A stretch of DNA of 64,000 nt from a bacterium. Its GTDB lineage: Bacteria > Patescibacteriota > Minisyncoccia > UBA6257 > WO2-44-18. The stretch lies in the NCBI GenBank assembly GCA_030689595.1, contig JAUYHP010000031.1:22666-86665 (forward strand), read 5' to 3'. A model generated the notes under the pieces. The model saw nothing but the letters and a program-made list of their open reading frames with translations. It had not been told where the DNA came from and made no database searches. The translations under genes and the position numbers were made by a program. Within the stretch, counting starts at the first letter, position 1, and each line of letters opens with the position of its first letter. Below are positions 1 to 10,027 of the stretch, one piece after another.

Positions 1-1597
1 AGCTGATAATGGATTTATTAGCTTGGTGGCCGGTACAGCCGATCGCATCAACATGATTGAGCTGGAGGGCATAGACGCCCAAGAGGATGTAGTAACTACA
101 GCCTATGAATCAGCTCAAAAAGAGATAGCTAAGTTAATTGACTGGATGGGAGGCATTGTTAAAGAAATCGGTCAGCCTAAGGTAGAAATTAAATTTCCTG
201 AGACTGATCCTAAATTAGCAAAAACCGTTAAAGATTTTCTACACGACGGTGATCGTTTAGAAAAAGCAATGTACGTCAAAGACAAAATGGAACAGACTGC
301 CAAATTGGCTGGTCTCAAAGAATCTTTAGCTAAACATCTAGCCGACCAAGAATATGATGCTAGTGCTATGACGGACACCGAGCATATATTTGAAACCGAA
401 TTGGACGAGTTAGTCCATCGCAAGCTTTTAACTGCTGACCAAAGGCCAGACGGCCGCAAGTTAGATGAAGTCAGAGACCTCTACGGTGAAGTTGGGTTGT
501 TAAAACGAGCACATGGATCAGCCATCTTCGTTAGGGGCAACACCCAAGCTCTAGTTGTAACCACTATTGCGCCTCCAGGTTCTGAGCAATTGATAGAAAC
601 CCTGAAGTTTTCTGGCAAGCGTAGTTTCATGTTGCACTATAACTTCCCGCCATATTCAGTCGGTGAAACTGGCCGCATGGGTTCACCAGGACGCCGAGAA
701 ATCGGACACGGTGCTTTGGCAGAAAAAGCTGTCCACAATGTTATGCCCACCAAAGAAGAATTTCCTTATACCATTCGCGTAGTTTCGGAGATTATGTCGT
801 CCAATGGCTCGTCCTCGATGGCTACCGTTTGCGGCACGATATTATCTTTAATGGACGCCGGGGTACCCATCAAAAAGCCGGTAGCTGGTATCGCTATGGG
901 TATGATGACTGGGAAAGCTGGGGAATATAAAGTCTTAACTGACATCCAAGGCCCGGAAGATCATTATGGTGATATGGATTTCAAAGTTGCTGGTAGTACC
1001 GATGGTGTCCGAGCTATTCAGATGGATGTAAAAATCGATGGCGTTAACAATAAAATGTTGATAGACGGGCTGGCGCAAGCTAAAAAAGCTCGCCTGGAAA
1101 TATTGAAAGTAATGAATTCGGTAATAGCTGGACCACGCAAAGAATTATCACCTTACGCACCGGTAGTGTTGAGTATGAAAATACATCCATCTAAGATCGG
1201 TGACGTCATTGGCCCAGGTGGTAAAATTATAAACTCAATTATAGAAAAAACTGGTGCCTTAACAATAGATATCGAGCAAACTGGCGAGGTGTTTATCGCC
1301 GGACCCAACAAGGACAGCGCCCAAGCTGCTTATGATGAAGTTGCTGGTATTGTGAAAGAATATGAAGTTGGTGATATTGTCGAAGGCAAAGTTGTTAAAG
1401 TCTTAGAGTTCGGAGCCATAGTTGAATTTGGCCCCGGACGAGACGGAATGATACACGTCTCCGAGCTTAAAAATGGCTATGTACAAAAAGTGGAAGACGT
1501 CGTTAAGCTAGGTGATTCTGTAAAAGCCAAGGTGGTCAAGATTGAACGCGGCAAGATAGGGTTGAGTCTGAAGGCCTTAGATAAGCCTGATAAATAA
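1..1597 (+). CDS. pnp: polynucleotide phosphorylase (PNPase), 5'-truncated by window edge; second RNase PH domain + KH + S1 domains
   Basis: Open frame continues to nt 1; motifs GSSSMATVCG, KH-like IIEKTGA, C-terminal S1-like GDIVEGKVVKVLEFGAIVEF. Confidence 0.9.
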   Translation, partial: ADNGFISLVAGTADRINMIELEGIDAQEDVVTTAYESAQKEIAKLIDWMGGIVKEIGQPKVEIKFPETDPKLAKTVKDFLHDGDRLEKAMYVKDKMEQTAKLAGLKESLAKHLADQEYDASAMTDTEHIFETELDELVHRKLLTADQRPDGRKLDEVRDLYGEVGLLKRAHGSAIFVRGNTQALVVTTIAPPGSEQLIETLKFSGKRSFMLHYNFPPYSVGETGRMGSPGRREIGHGALAEKAVHNVMPTKEEFPYTIRVVSEIMSSNGSSSMATVCGTILSLMDAGVPIKKPVAGIAMGMMTGKAGEYKVLTDIQGPEDHYGDMDFKVAGSTDGVRAIQMDVKIDGVNNKMLIDGLAQAKKARLEILKVMNSVIAGPRKELSPYAPVVLSMKIHPSKIGDVIGPGGKIINSIIEKTGALTIDIEQTGEVFIAGPNKDSAQAAYDEVAGIVKEYEVGDIVEGKVVKVLEFGAIVEFGPGRDGMIHVSELKNGYVQKVEDVVKLGDSVKAKVVKIERGKIGLSLKALDKPDK

Positions 1598-1617
1598 TAA
1601 TCTATTATTCAAAAAGT

Positions 1618-1647
1618 GTCCCGACTACTATCGGGGCATTTTTTGTT
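1618..1647 (+). terminator. rho-independent terminator after pnp
   Basis: hairpin CCCGACTACTATCGGGG followed by CATTTTTTG. Confidence 0.55.
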
Positions 1648-1654
1648 ATAAAAA

Positions 1655-1683
1655 AGCCACCTCCAATTGGAGGTGGCTTCAAA
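1655..1683 (-). terminator. rho-independent terminator for the minus-strand gene 1687..2649
   Basis: GCCACCTCC-AATT-GGAGGTGGC stem flanked by A-run (T-run on minus strand). Confidence 0.6.
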
Positions 1684-1686
1684 AAC

Positions 1687-2649
1687 TTATAAAATAATTC
1701 CCTCTTTACGCAATCGATCATTGGCGATATCTCGCAACGCTTCCCAAGCCAACCCACTACCAAGCTCACGAGAAGAGCCGCCGATAATATCAGATCCATT
1801 CCATCCATTTTCCGGGGTCAATCTCTCGGCCTCATTAAAATCACTATACAACTTGGTGACTGGGAATGGGATATATCGCGATCTCCTGCCGACAGAAAAG
1901 ACACAACGACCGTCTGGCCTCCGAGCTACCAATGAAATAAATGCATCCATGCCGTTACTGAAAAGGTAATAACGAGCTTCATTCCCACCGATTTCGTCAA
2001 CGATCTTGAATTGAGGAGAGTCGTGCAAAATCTCATGACGCGTATCTAGCTCAGTCTCTTCAGCTTGACCCATTAAATATTTATCCAATCTAGACAAAAC
2101 TGCTTCTAAATTATTAAGCATGATTTCTGGAGTAGCTGACGCCAAGCCGCCAGATTTTCTAAGTTCAGCATAAGGCCTGAACACCCAATTATGCTGCCTG
2201 ATCAACTGATCATCCAAATTCATCGGGAAAGCCCCGCCTGTAATATCCCAACGATCATCAAGCGCCAAAAGTCGATTGATATGTGGGATGTTTTGAGTGC
2301 CTTCAAATTTCTTGTAATTGATCAGCAACCACACAGCGAAGGCCGTATCTTGATCGGTGTCATTAATATAAATATTTGCATCAATTCGGCCATTCCTAGC
2401 CAGTGCCTTGGCCAAACCACCTTTAATTGCAAAGAACACTTGCATGGCGGTGCTCATGGTTGCTTCACGAACAACACCGCTATGATGATCGAAGTTGATA
2501 TGATTAGTCGTCGGATCGTAATTTGGTCCGCCGTGAACCATGCCATCAAGAGCGATTGAATACTCTGGCGTATTAGCAAGAAACCCTTCCCAATCCATAG
2601 TCTCGCGCGGCAATATAGTAATGTTAAAGGGCGTAAACCTGTGGGACAT
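1687..2649 (-). CDS. hypothetical protein (320 aa), no family recognised
   Basis: long ORF with own terminator; convergent with pnp. Confidence 0.5.
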   Translation of the reverse strand: MSHRFTPFNITILPRETMDWEGFLANTPEYSIALDGMVHGGPNYDPTTNHINFDHHSGVVREATMSTAMQVFFAIKGGLAKALARNGRIDANIYINDTDQDTAFAVWLLINYKKFEGTQNIPHINRLLALDDRWDITGGAFPMNLDDQLIRQHNWVFRPYAELRKSGGLASATPEIMLNNLEAVLSRLDKYLMGQAEETELDTRHEILHDSPQFKIVDEIGGNEARYYLFSNGMDAFISLVARRPDGRCVFSVGRRSRYIPFPVTKLYSDFNEAERLTPENGWNGSDIIGGSSRELGSGLAWEALRDIANDRLRKEGIIL

Positions 2650-2834
2650 AGAGATCTCCTTCTAGAATGGGTAAACGGGGACTTCTTAAAAACTAGCTAC
2701 ATTCTAACAGTTATCTTGATATTTGTAAAGATCGATATTCTATCCACAACAGCGATGTTGGTGATAAACTTGCGCTCATAGTACAATTAAGTGAACATCC
2801 AGTCGAACGAAATAACTAAGTAATATAATTTAAA

Positions 2835-3923
2835 ATGGCTGACGAACAAAATAACAACCCGGCCCCATTATCAGGCAATAATAATCCTGCACACGATCCG
2901 TTACCGATCGGTGGCCAAGCCCCTAGGCCAAGCGCACCAGCGCCCAAGCCACCTCAAGCAGAAGAGCAACCAAAAGAGGTTCCTCACTCACCGCCACCGC
3001 CACCACCAATAAGGCCCAGAGGAGGTGAATATAGTATCCGCACCATGGAAAGCGATTTAAAAACTGCGCCCAAAGAAGTCCTTCCGCAAAGCGATAGAGA
3101 AGGACCAGCGCCAGCTGAGGCCTCTACTACCATCCAAATGAAAAGCCCAGTTGTTGCAGAAGAAGCACCATCAAAGAAAAATCTTTATTGGATAATCGGC
3201 GGCGTAGTTCTAGCCTTGGCACTAGTAGCCGTTGGCTATTTTGTGGTTTATCCGATGCTAGTAGACAACGGCACAGATACGAGCACTCCTACAACCGGCA
3301 GCACCCCACCAGACACGACTCCGCCCATAACTATGGCAACCCCGGCACATCAATCATATTTCTTGACTAGCCCAGTGCGCGTTAGCGAAATGACCCTCGC
3401 ACCAATAAGCTTGCCCAATATCGCCTTTGGTTTGCAAAGCATTTCACTACAACCATTGGCTAGCGGCTCTACAGAAGAAGTCCTTGTAATCGGTGGTCAA
3501 GAGAATCAAATCCCATTTGCGACCTATATAACTCAATTATTGCCCGATGTGGATAGCAATAAATTATCCGACTTATTAGAAGATGATTTCACGGCCTTTA
3601 TTTACTATGATAACAACGGCTATTGGCCAGGATATGTGGCCAAACTAAAAACTGGCGCTAGCATCGATGATCTAAAGGCTGAGATAACTAAGCTAGAATC
3701 TACCGATCTGGAATCACTATTCATCACACCTCCAGGAACGATATCGGCCTTCAAAGATGGTCTAGCCGCTAACAGTAGCTACGCTACTCGCTACGCCGTA
3801 GGCTCGACTTCGGGGTCGGCTCTAAATTACGGTTATTTTGGAGATTACCTTATAATCTCCACCTCCTATGATGGCCTAACTGCTTCCCTTAATCTGACCG
3901 GGGTGATAGGCTTAATGGAATAA
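2835..3923 (+). CDS. hypothetical membrane-anchored protein, Pro-rich N-terminus, single TM, extracytoplasmic domain
   Basis: PPPPPPIRPRGG stretch, hydrophobic helix WIIGGVVLALALVAVGYFVV. Confidence 0.5.
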   Translation: MADEQNNNPAPLSGNNNPAHDPLPIGGQAPRPSAPAPKPPQAEEQPKEVPHSPPPPPPIRPRGGEYSIRTMESDLKTAPKEVLPQSDREGPAPAEASTTIQMKSPVVAEEAPSKKNLYWIIGGVVLALALVAVGYFVVYPMLVDNGTDTSTPTTGSTPPDTTPPITMATPAHQSYFLTSPVRVSEMTLAPISLPNIAFGLQSISLQPLASGSTEEVLVIGGQENQIPFATYITQLLPDVDSNKLSDLLEDDFTAFIYYDNNGYWPGYVAKLKTGASIDDLKAEITKLESTDLESLFITPPGTISAFKDGLAANSSYATRYAVGSTSGSALNYGYFGDYLIISTSYDGLTASLNLTGVIGLME

Positions 3924-3924
3924 T

Positions 3925-4251
3925 ATGGATACCAAAGTTTACGAAGAGAAGCTAAAAAAACTCGAAATCGAGCTTTCCGAGGAATCGAAAAAACTAGGAA
4001 CCACACCAGAAATGGGCAGTGATGTGGATTCTTATGATACCGAAACAGATGAAGCCGAAGAGTTTGCCAATTCCTTAGGCGTCAAAGAATCCATAAAAAA
4101 TCGCCTAGCAGCAGTTAGAAAAGCATTGGGAAAGATAACAGATGGCTCCTATGGCAGGTGCGAAAATTGCCAAAACGATATTCCGAAAGAAGTTTTGGAT
4201 ATCAGCCCAGAATCTAATCTCTGCAAAAATTGTAAATCCACTTCGGCCTAA
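3925..4251 (+). CDS. DksA/TraR-family C4 zinc-finger protein
   Basis: C-terminal CENC-x17-CKNC spacing typical of DksA/TraR; N-terminal coiled coil. Confidence 0.6.
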   Translation: MDTKVYEEKLKKLEIELSEESKKLGTTPEMGSDVDSYDTETDEAEEFANSLGVKESIKNRLAAVRKALGKITDGSYGRCENCQNDIPKEVLDISPESNLCKNCKSTSA

Positions 4252-4271
4252 CAATTGCCCATCATCATAAA

Positions 4272-4302
4272 AGCAACCCGGCAACGGGTTGCTTTTTGTT
4301 TA
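4272..4302 (+). terminator. rho-independent terminator
   Basis: GCAACCCG-GCA-ACGGGTTGC followed by TTTTTGTTT. Confidence 0.6.
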
Positions 4303-4325
4303 TCGCCAAACTAGTATTATTTTGA

Positions 4326-5879
4326 ATGTCAAAAATATCTAAAGTTTATTCTGCCGAACTTGAGGGCATTGATGCCAAACTGATTGAAGTTGAAACCGAT
4401 ATCAATGTCGGCTTGCATAGTTTTAATATCGTCGGGTTGGCAGACAAGGCCCTATCCGAAGCTAAAGAACGTGTTAGTTCGGCGCTTAAAAATATCGGCG
4501 TCAAGCCGCCCACTAAAGAAAATCGCAAAATAGTAGTTAATCTGGCGCCAGCCGATATCAAAAAGACTGGCTCGCAATATGACCTGGCTATCGCCATCGG
4601 CTATCTGCTTTCCAGCGGACAAATCAAAGAATTTGATGCTAGTGATAAAATTTTTGCCGGCGAGCTCTCATTGGAGGGCAAACTACGCCCCATCAACGGG
4701 GCGTTAAATATCGCCAGACTAGCCGCCAAATTGAAATATCAATATATCTTTTTGCCCGAACAAAACGCGCTCGAAGCAGCTATTGTTCCGGGCATCAAAG
4801 TAATACCGGTAGCCAATTTAAGCCAAATTATTGGCCATCTTGAGGATAGGGATGAAATAACCAATTCCCCACCAACCGAGATATCCACAGCTAATGCACA
4901 GTTATCCACACCCGGTTTTGTAAGACTTTCTGAAATCAAAGGCCAAAGCCACGCTAAGCGGGCCTTAATGATCGCCGCCGCTGGTGGGCATAATATTTTG
5001 ATGAGCGGTTCGCCCGGAACTGGTAAAAGCATGCTGGCCCAAGCCATAAATTCTATCTTACCGCCGCTGACTTTAGACGAAGCCATAGAGGTTACTCAAG
5101 TTTATAGCTCGGCTGGCTTATTGGGTGATAAATCTTTCATGAGCGCCCGCCCATTTCGCTCACCGCATCAAACCGCTTCGGCGGCGGCGGTCATCGGCGG
5201 CGGCCAAAATCCCAAACCGGGTGAAATTAGCTTAGCTCATCGCGGTGTTTTATTTCTAGACGAATTGCCGGAATTTCGTAGAGATATTTTAGAATCATTA
5301 CGCCAACCCTTAGAAAGCGGCCGAGCCATAATTTCGCGCGCTAAAAGCAATGTTGTTTTTCCGGCCAAGTTTATGTTGGTGGCCGCCATGAATCCTTGCC
5401 CCTGTGGTTATTACAACGACTCCGAAAAAGAATGCCGTTGTAGCGCCCATGAAGTCTTTCGCTATCAAAAGAAAATATCCGGCCCGCTGTTGGACCGCAT
5501 TGATATTCAAATCGGAGTGCCACGCGTAAAAATCGAACATTTGCGGCAACAAGCGGTTAACTATAAAGAAGAGACCGATATCAAAAATAATGTTCTGCGG
5601 GCGCGCCAAATTCAACAACAACGCTTCACCGGCAAACCAATTGTTACCAATACTGAAATGTCATCCAAACTTTGCGATGAGGTTATTAAACTTGATGCTG
5701 ATGCTGAAAAGTTTTTGGGTGAAGTATTTGATAAAAAGTTTGTTTCTGCTCGTGGCTATTATCGCATCCTTAAAGTAGCCCAAACCATAGCTGACTTGGA
5801 GCAGTCTGATAAGGTAACTCAAAATCACTTAGCCGAAGCCTTTAGTTATCGGCTTAAAGATGAGCCGAACCGAGGTTAG
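4326..5879 (+). CDS. comM: YifB/ComM-family Mg-chelatase-like AAA+ ATPase
   Basis: N-terminal Lon-like domain, Walker A GSPGTGKS, overall ComM architecture. Confidence 0.85.
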   Translation: MSKISKVYSAELEGIDAKLIEVETDINVGLHSFNIVGLADKALSEAKERVSSALKNIGVKPPTKENRKIVVNLAPADIKKTGSQYDLAIAIGYLLSSGQIKEFDASDKIFAGELSLEGKLRPINGALNIARLAAKLKYQYIFLPEQNALEAAIVPGIKVIPVANLSQIIGHLEDRDEITNSPPTEISTANAQLSTPGFVRLSEIKGQSHAKRALMIAAAGGHNILMSGSPGTGKSMLAQAINSILPPLTLDEAIEVTQVYSSAGLLGDKSFMSARPFRSPHQTASAAAVIGGGQNPKPGEISLAHRGVLFLDELPEFRRDILESLRQPLESGRAIISRAKSNVVFPAKFMLVAAMNPCPCGYYNDSEKECRCSAHEVFRYQKKISGPLLDRIDIQIGVPRVKIEHLRQQAVNYKEETDIKNNVLRARQIQQQRFTGKPIVTNTEMSSKLCDEVIKLDADAEKFLGEVFDKKFVSARGYYRILKVAQTIADLEQSDKVTQNHLAEAFSYRLKDEPNRG

Positions 5880-5898
5880 TCGTTTTCTAATCAATAGC

Positions 5899-5927
5899 TT
5901 GACAAGTCGTGATACATCGTCTATGCT
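5899..5927 (+). promoter_or_regulatory. sigma70-like promoter (TTGACA-17-TATGCT)
   Basis: -35/-10 hexamers with 17-bp spacer ~50 bp upstream of ORF 5976. Confidence 0.4.
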
Positions 5928-5975
5928 ACAACTAGTTTTTTAGTTCTTTCAAAACACCCAACAAAGGAGCTGGCT

Positions 5976-6359
5976 ATGTGGCTATTACTGATTGGTATTG
6001 TGTTGTTTGTCACAATGATCATTGCTGCTCATTATTATATTAAAAATAATGACGAGGGTCTCGGATACCTTCTTCCGGTTTTGTTTTTTTTGACGGTGTT
6101 CTCACTTTCGCGTGTCAATAGTGGCTATTCCGCACCTGTTTCATCCCGTGCGACTAATGATAAAGTCTATCCGGTAATCTATCAATTTGAATCGGGTGGC
6201 GAAAATTATGTTGTTGTGACTGAAGATCTGGGCGATGGAACGCCGCGCCTTTATCGCATCCCCAGTCCGCTGCCACGGGGTACAACTCATTGTTACTACA
6301 ACTACAAAGAAGGCCTGGTCGCCCAGCGTTTTTTGAAGGAAGAATTACCATCTGAATAA
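5976..6359 (+). CDS. small membrane protein, hypothetical
   Basis: two N-terminal hydrophobic helices; followed by strong terminator. Confidence 0.45.
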   Translation: MWLLLIGIVLFVTMIIAAHYYIKNNDEGLGYLLPVLFFLTVFSLSRVNSGYSAPVSSRATNDKVYPVIYQFESGGENYVVVTEDLGDGTPRLYRIPSPLPRGTTHCYYNYKEGLVAQRFLKEELPSE

Positions 6360-6365
6360 AAATTC

Positions 6366-6399
6366 TGCCCCTCGATTTCGCATCGAGGGGCTTTTTATT
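6366..6399 (+). terminator. rho-independent terminator
   Basis: GCCCCTCGAT-TTCGC-ATCGAGGGGC + TTTTTATT. Confidence 0.65.
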
Positions 6400-6494
6400 G
6401 CGGCAATTTAATGTTTTCGGATAATATTTAACTCATTTTCAACCAATTACCAGAATGATAACCACAAACCATTCGCTAATCAGCGAATGGTTTT

Positions 6495-7226
6495 TTAAAT
6501 TAAGGTGTGTATATGTTTTCGATATCCACCCAAATCAGACAATGTTTTTTTAAGTGCGGTGGCAGATACGAGTTTTAGAGATTCTAATTCTTTATCATCG
6601 CGATGTTTAAATTTTTTCAGTAAATCCTCACTATTCAATCTGAGGCTAGCTGAAAACACCAGGAATATTTTCATGGCATTGCTTTTTATTATTGATCGCA
6701 ACGTACAATCCGCAACATCACGACCATCTACACCCAATTCTTCGCGCACCTCTCTGGTAAAAGCATTAAATATGTCCTGACCGTTTTTCAATTTCATTTC
6801 ACTAGCCGAAACAACTCCACCAACCATCACTATATTAGATCTATTAGTCTTTAAGCTATCTTTGAGCCCCAATACGTATTTATCGTCAACGGTTTTTATA
6901 AGCCCGGCCGTTGATAAGCTCATTGGATAATATCTTTCATCAAATTCATCAATCTGTTGTATTGCTGGTGCGGTTTTGGCAAATTTATAAGACACTTTGC
7001 TCAAGCTCAACTCGATGCGCCCGCCCTCTTTAACTAATCGCTCCAATCGGTATATAGCTGCATCATATAATGGCAATCTCTTTTTTGCGGCTTCTGCTAA
7101 ATACCGATTCCAGATATGGCCAGATTCTTTTGAAATCAATACGGATTTCTTAAGAGAACTTTTAACATGCCTAATAACAATGTCATCTGGCGAAATACGT
7201 CCCCTAAATAGAAAATCGGTGCGCAT
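6495..7226 (-). CDS. NUDIX-like hydrolase domain protein (tentative)
   Basis: REVREELGV matches the RE-U-x-EE-x-GU core of the Nudix box; the rest of the box is imperfect. Confidence 0.4.
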   Translation of the reverse strand: MRTDFLFRGRISPDDIVIRHVKSSLKKSVLISKESGHIWNRYLAEAAKKRLPLYDAAIYRLERLVKEGGRIELSLSKVSYKFAKTAPAIQQIDEFDERYYPMSLSTAGLIKTVDDKYVLGLKDSLKTNRSNIVMVGGVVSASEMKLKNGQDIFNAFTREVREELGVDGRDVADCTLRSIIKSNAMKIFLVFSASLRLNSEDLLKKFKHRDDKELESLKLVSATALKKTLSDLGGYRKHIHTLI

Positions 7227-7245
7227 TGTATAAATATATAAAATA

Positions 7246-7611
7246 TTAAGAAATTAGACGATTAATATCTCTGGCCGTTTTTACACACGTAACTATTTTC
7301 CCACCGAAAACCGTTATTAATCTCTCCGATACTCTCTCAACTAACGTAGGTCTATCATCGGTAGCTTCAACCCCTGGCAATATAGCTTTTATAGTATACA
7401 TGGATCCTATATGCCGGGCACCTTTAATATCTTTGAATACCGATTTAGCGCTCGATATAAATCGCTCTATATGGGGTTTTATCTGTGCATCTTTTAATAG
7501 TACTAATGAAGACCGACTGTAAATCTCAACGCAATTACTTAATCTAAGCCCCCGCTTTTCAGCGAGGGCTTTTTTATAAAAAATCCCCGCAAGGCGAGGA
7601 CGGTTTATCAA
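7246..7611 (-). CDS. hypothetical protein (121 aa)
   Basis: ORF only. Confidence 0.35.
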   Translation of the reverse strand: MINRPRLAGIFYKKALAEKRGLRLSNCVEIYSRSSLVLLKDAQIKPHIERFISSAKSVFKDIKGARHIGSMYTIKAILPGVEATDDRPTLVERVSERLITVFGGKIVTCVKTARDINRLIS

Positions 7612-7630
7612 ACAAATTTATTGGGAAGGT

Positions 7631-8233
7631 CTATCTCGGCTGGAATTGTTTTGACGAGGGGCGATAGTCTGGCCGATGTTCGCCTTCATTTTCCCGCTCA
7701 CCATCACCACCCCCGAATTCAGATTCAGAGTCGGGCATGACATCTGGCCCCGATGCTTCCGGTGGTGACCATTCAAAAAATATATAATGACGCTTGCCAT
7801 TAATATACACCACTATAAAGGATCTCGGCGGGAGTTCATCAAGGCCATAGAGATATTCATTGCCATCATCATCGCTAATCCTAGCCATATAACTACCATC
7901 TGCCAATTCAAAGATTTCTTGAACAACATAGGGCCTATTTACTGCCAACCAACAGTTATCTTTGAGTGTGCCGTAACCATGAAAATAAGCCCGGTACAAT
8001 AAAGCAAGAATAACCATCGCGCCCAAAATACCAATTAAAATGCCTGGCCCCTGTCCCTGTTTCTTACTCACTGTCACCCCAGAGCCGATAAGAGCAGCCA
8101 TAGCCAGAAAAGCAATCAATACTATACCAACCACGTCCATAGCAGCCACGTCCATGCTCTGCTCCTCAAAAATGGTTATCAAAATACCTTGTGCCAGTTT
8201 AGCACAATACTCCCAGCCCGTCAAGAAAATCAA
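7631..8233 (-). CDS. membrane protein, hypothetical
   Basis: two TM helices then acidic/Gly-rich C-terminus. Confidence 0.4.
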   Translation of the reverse strand: MIFLTGWEYCAKLAQGILITIFEEQSMDVAAMDVVGIVLIAFLAMAALIGSGVTVSKKQGQGPGILIGILGAMVILALLYRAYFHGYGTLKDNCWLAVNRPYVVQEIFELADGSYMARISDDDGNEYLYGLDELPPRSFIVVYINGKRHYIFFEWSPPEASGPDVMPDSESEFGGGDGERENEGEHRPDYRPSSKQFQPR

Positions 8234-8354
8234 CTAATATGAATACGAAAGTCAACCAGGCGTCATATAAGTTTTTTTGATAATACTTTCTAGTGCTCAT
8301 AATAGCGTTCGATTGGATATTTATCAGTTTGTACCATAATTTTGCGCTATCTAA

Positions 8355-8910
8355 GTGTGAAACATCGCGAAAAGTGTGAAACATTGGTTATTTCAGCTTT
8401 ATGGCGAAAATCTCCATAAATAATCGTATTTTATCAAAAATGAGCTCATATAAATGTTTCACACTAGTGTGAAACATTTATATGGCTAAAAATTGCCTGT
8501 AAAGTGTTTGCCGGCAAACACTTTGCGCCAAAATGCGCTACGGTCTGGCGAGATGTTTCACGTGAAACATTTTAATGCTTATTAGCCACATAATGCTGGC
8601 GATGTTTGACGTGAAACATCGGGCATTGGCTTTGTAGTCTTACTCAAACATGTTTCACGGCAAACATCTGTAGCAATCAGCCACAATTGCGCATCAATTG
8701 TTTCACGTGAAACACTGGTGAGATTCCAAGCTATATTCTGGCAAATTGTTTCACGTGAAACATCTGATACCGAAATTAGTGTATAGTGATACTATCTGTT
8801 TACCGGCAAGCATGTGGTCGGAAGCGGTCATGGTCCAACATAAATGTTTCACGTGAAACAATTGTGAAACCTCAAGCTATATTTTAGCCGAATGTTTCAC
8901 GTGAAACATT
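8355..8910. repeat. tandem array of parS-type centromere palindromes (TGTTTCACGTGAAACA) at ~48-bp phasing
   Basis: perfect 16-mers at 8554, 8699, 8747, 8845 and 8893; variants at 8603 (TGTTTGACGTGAAACA), 8651 (TGTTTCACGGCAAACA), 8454-8477 (split palindrome), 8504-8521 and 8797-8812 (degenerate); two direct half-sites GTGTGAAACAT at 8355 and 8374. Confidence 0.85.
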
Positions 8911-8916
8911 CTATAT

Positions 8917-9294
8917 ATGAAAAACACATCTGCTACCGGACAATTGGGCGAGGATCTAGCCTGCGAATATCTCAAGGAAGGGGGATATAAGGTAATCGAT
9001 AGGAATTTTAGGAAGCCGTGGGGAGAATTAGATATTATCGCAAAAAGCAAAGGCGGAGTTTTGGTGTTTGTGGAAGTAAAAACTATCCGGCAATACGGCA
9101 ATGCGGCAATTGAAATTGTCCCAGAAGATAACCTAACTTCAGCTAAGTTAAAAAAGCTTCAACGTACGGCACAGATGTTTGTCGGCAAACACCCAGAATT
9201 AATAAATGACGACAGGGGATGGCAGATAGATCTAATCGCCATAACCTTGTTAGATGATGCCGAACCTAAAATAACCCATTACGAGAATATATAG
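8917..9294 (+). CDS. yraN: YraN-family (UPF0102) endonuclease
   Basis: GEDLACEYL...GELDIIA...LVFVEVKTR pattern of the YraN family. Confidence 0.75.
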   Translation: MKNTSATGQLGEDLACEYLKEGGYKVIDRNFRKPWGELDIIAKSKGGVLVFVEVKTIRQYGNAAIEIVPEDNLTSAKLKKLQRTAQMFVGKHPELINDDRGWQIDLIAITLLDDAEPKITHYENI

Positions 9295-9350
9295 CCCAAC
9301 CCATCCGTCATCCAGTCAATCTATCTATCCAAACCCGATAAATTATTAAT

Positions 9351-9390
9351 TATACCCTACTGCTTTCACATGTGAAAGCAGTAGGGTATA
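9351..9390. repeat. perfect 40-bp palindrome TATACCCTACTGCTTTCACA|TGTGAAAGCAGTAGGGTATA
   Basis: read directly; core TTTCACATGTGAAA resembles the parS core with a 2-bp centre insertion. Confidence 0.8.
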
Positions 9391-9504
9391 ATCTGGTAAT
9401 AACAAATGGTAATAACGCCAGTAATTATACTGATAATAAATAATGATTGGCGATAATAATTAGTAGTAATGAATATAAGGTCGGTATAATAATATCAACA
9501 ATAA

Positions 9505-10014
9505 TTGACAATGCACATTCCGAAAGAAAGCCCCAAAAATTTGAGCGGAAAATCAGCAATACAATGGTCAGAAAAATTATGGGATGAATTATTAGAGAAA
9601 TTGGCTAAGATTGATTCCAAAGATATTTTGAAAGACGTATTAGAAAAACTCATTAGCAACAATGAAAAAGATATGATTTTGCGCAGGCTAGCTGTAGCTG
9701 CCTTGATTCGTGATGGTAAATCTTATCGTGAAATTAGCGAAGCCCTTTGGCTATCCCACCCCACTATAAGTACCATTAAGAAAAATGTATTAGGTGATTC
9801 CAAAAATTATAAAAGTTATCGCTCTTTTTATGGCAGGCCGACTAAATGGAGTAATGACAGCAAAATCCGAAAAGAAACCAATGACGAATTTATCAATATT
9901 ATAAATGACATATCTATGTTAATTGATAAAATATCCAAGACATCGGGTCTGGGGATTCTAAGTTCTCAGGATGCACAAGCATATAGAAAAAGAGTTAGGG
10001 GAGCTAATAAATAA
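9505..10014 (+). CDS. TrpR/YerC/YecD-like helix-turn-helix DNA-binding protein
   Basis: ILRRLAVAALIRDGKSYREISEALWLSHPTISTIKKN resembles the TrpR-family HTH. Confidence 0.55.
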   Translation: MTMHIPKESPKNLSGKSAIQWSEKLWDELLEKLAKIDSKDILKDVLEKLISNNEKDMILRRLAVAALIRDGKSYREISEALWLSHPTISTIKKNVLGDSKNYKSYRSFYGRPTKWSNDSKIRKETNDEFINIINDISMLIDKISKTSGLGILSSQDAQAYRKRVRGANK

Positions 10015-10027
10015 TCACCGAACAAAT

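Noticed and set aside
172-459. Antisense ORFs inside pnp, comM, recG, valS, ileS and other long genes (for example 172-459, 4739-5086, 12299-12505, 17380-17813, 29782-30099)
   Set aside because: They are embedded opposite well-supported conserved genes and have no start context. These are typical shadow ORFs.
8355-8910. CRISPR array interpretation of the regularly spaced 16-18-bp repeats with ~30-bp spacers
   Set aside because: The repeats are fully palindromic, too short for CRISPR repeats, show point variants, and two spacers share an 11-mer. No cas genes are adjacent. The repeat is the textbook parS sequence.
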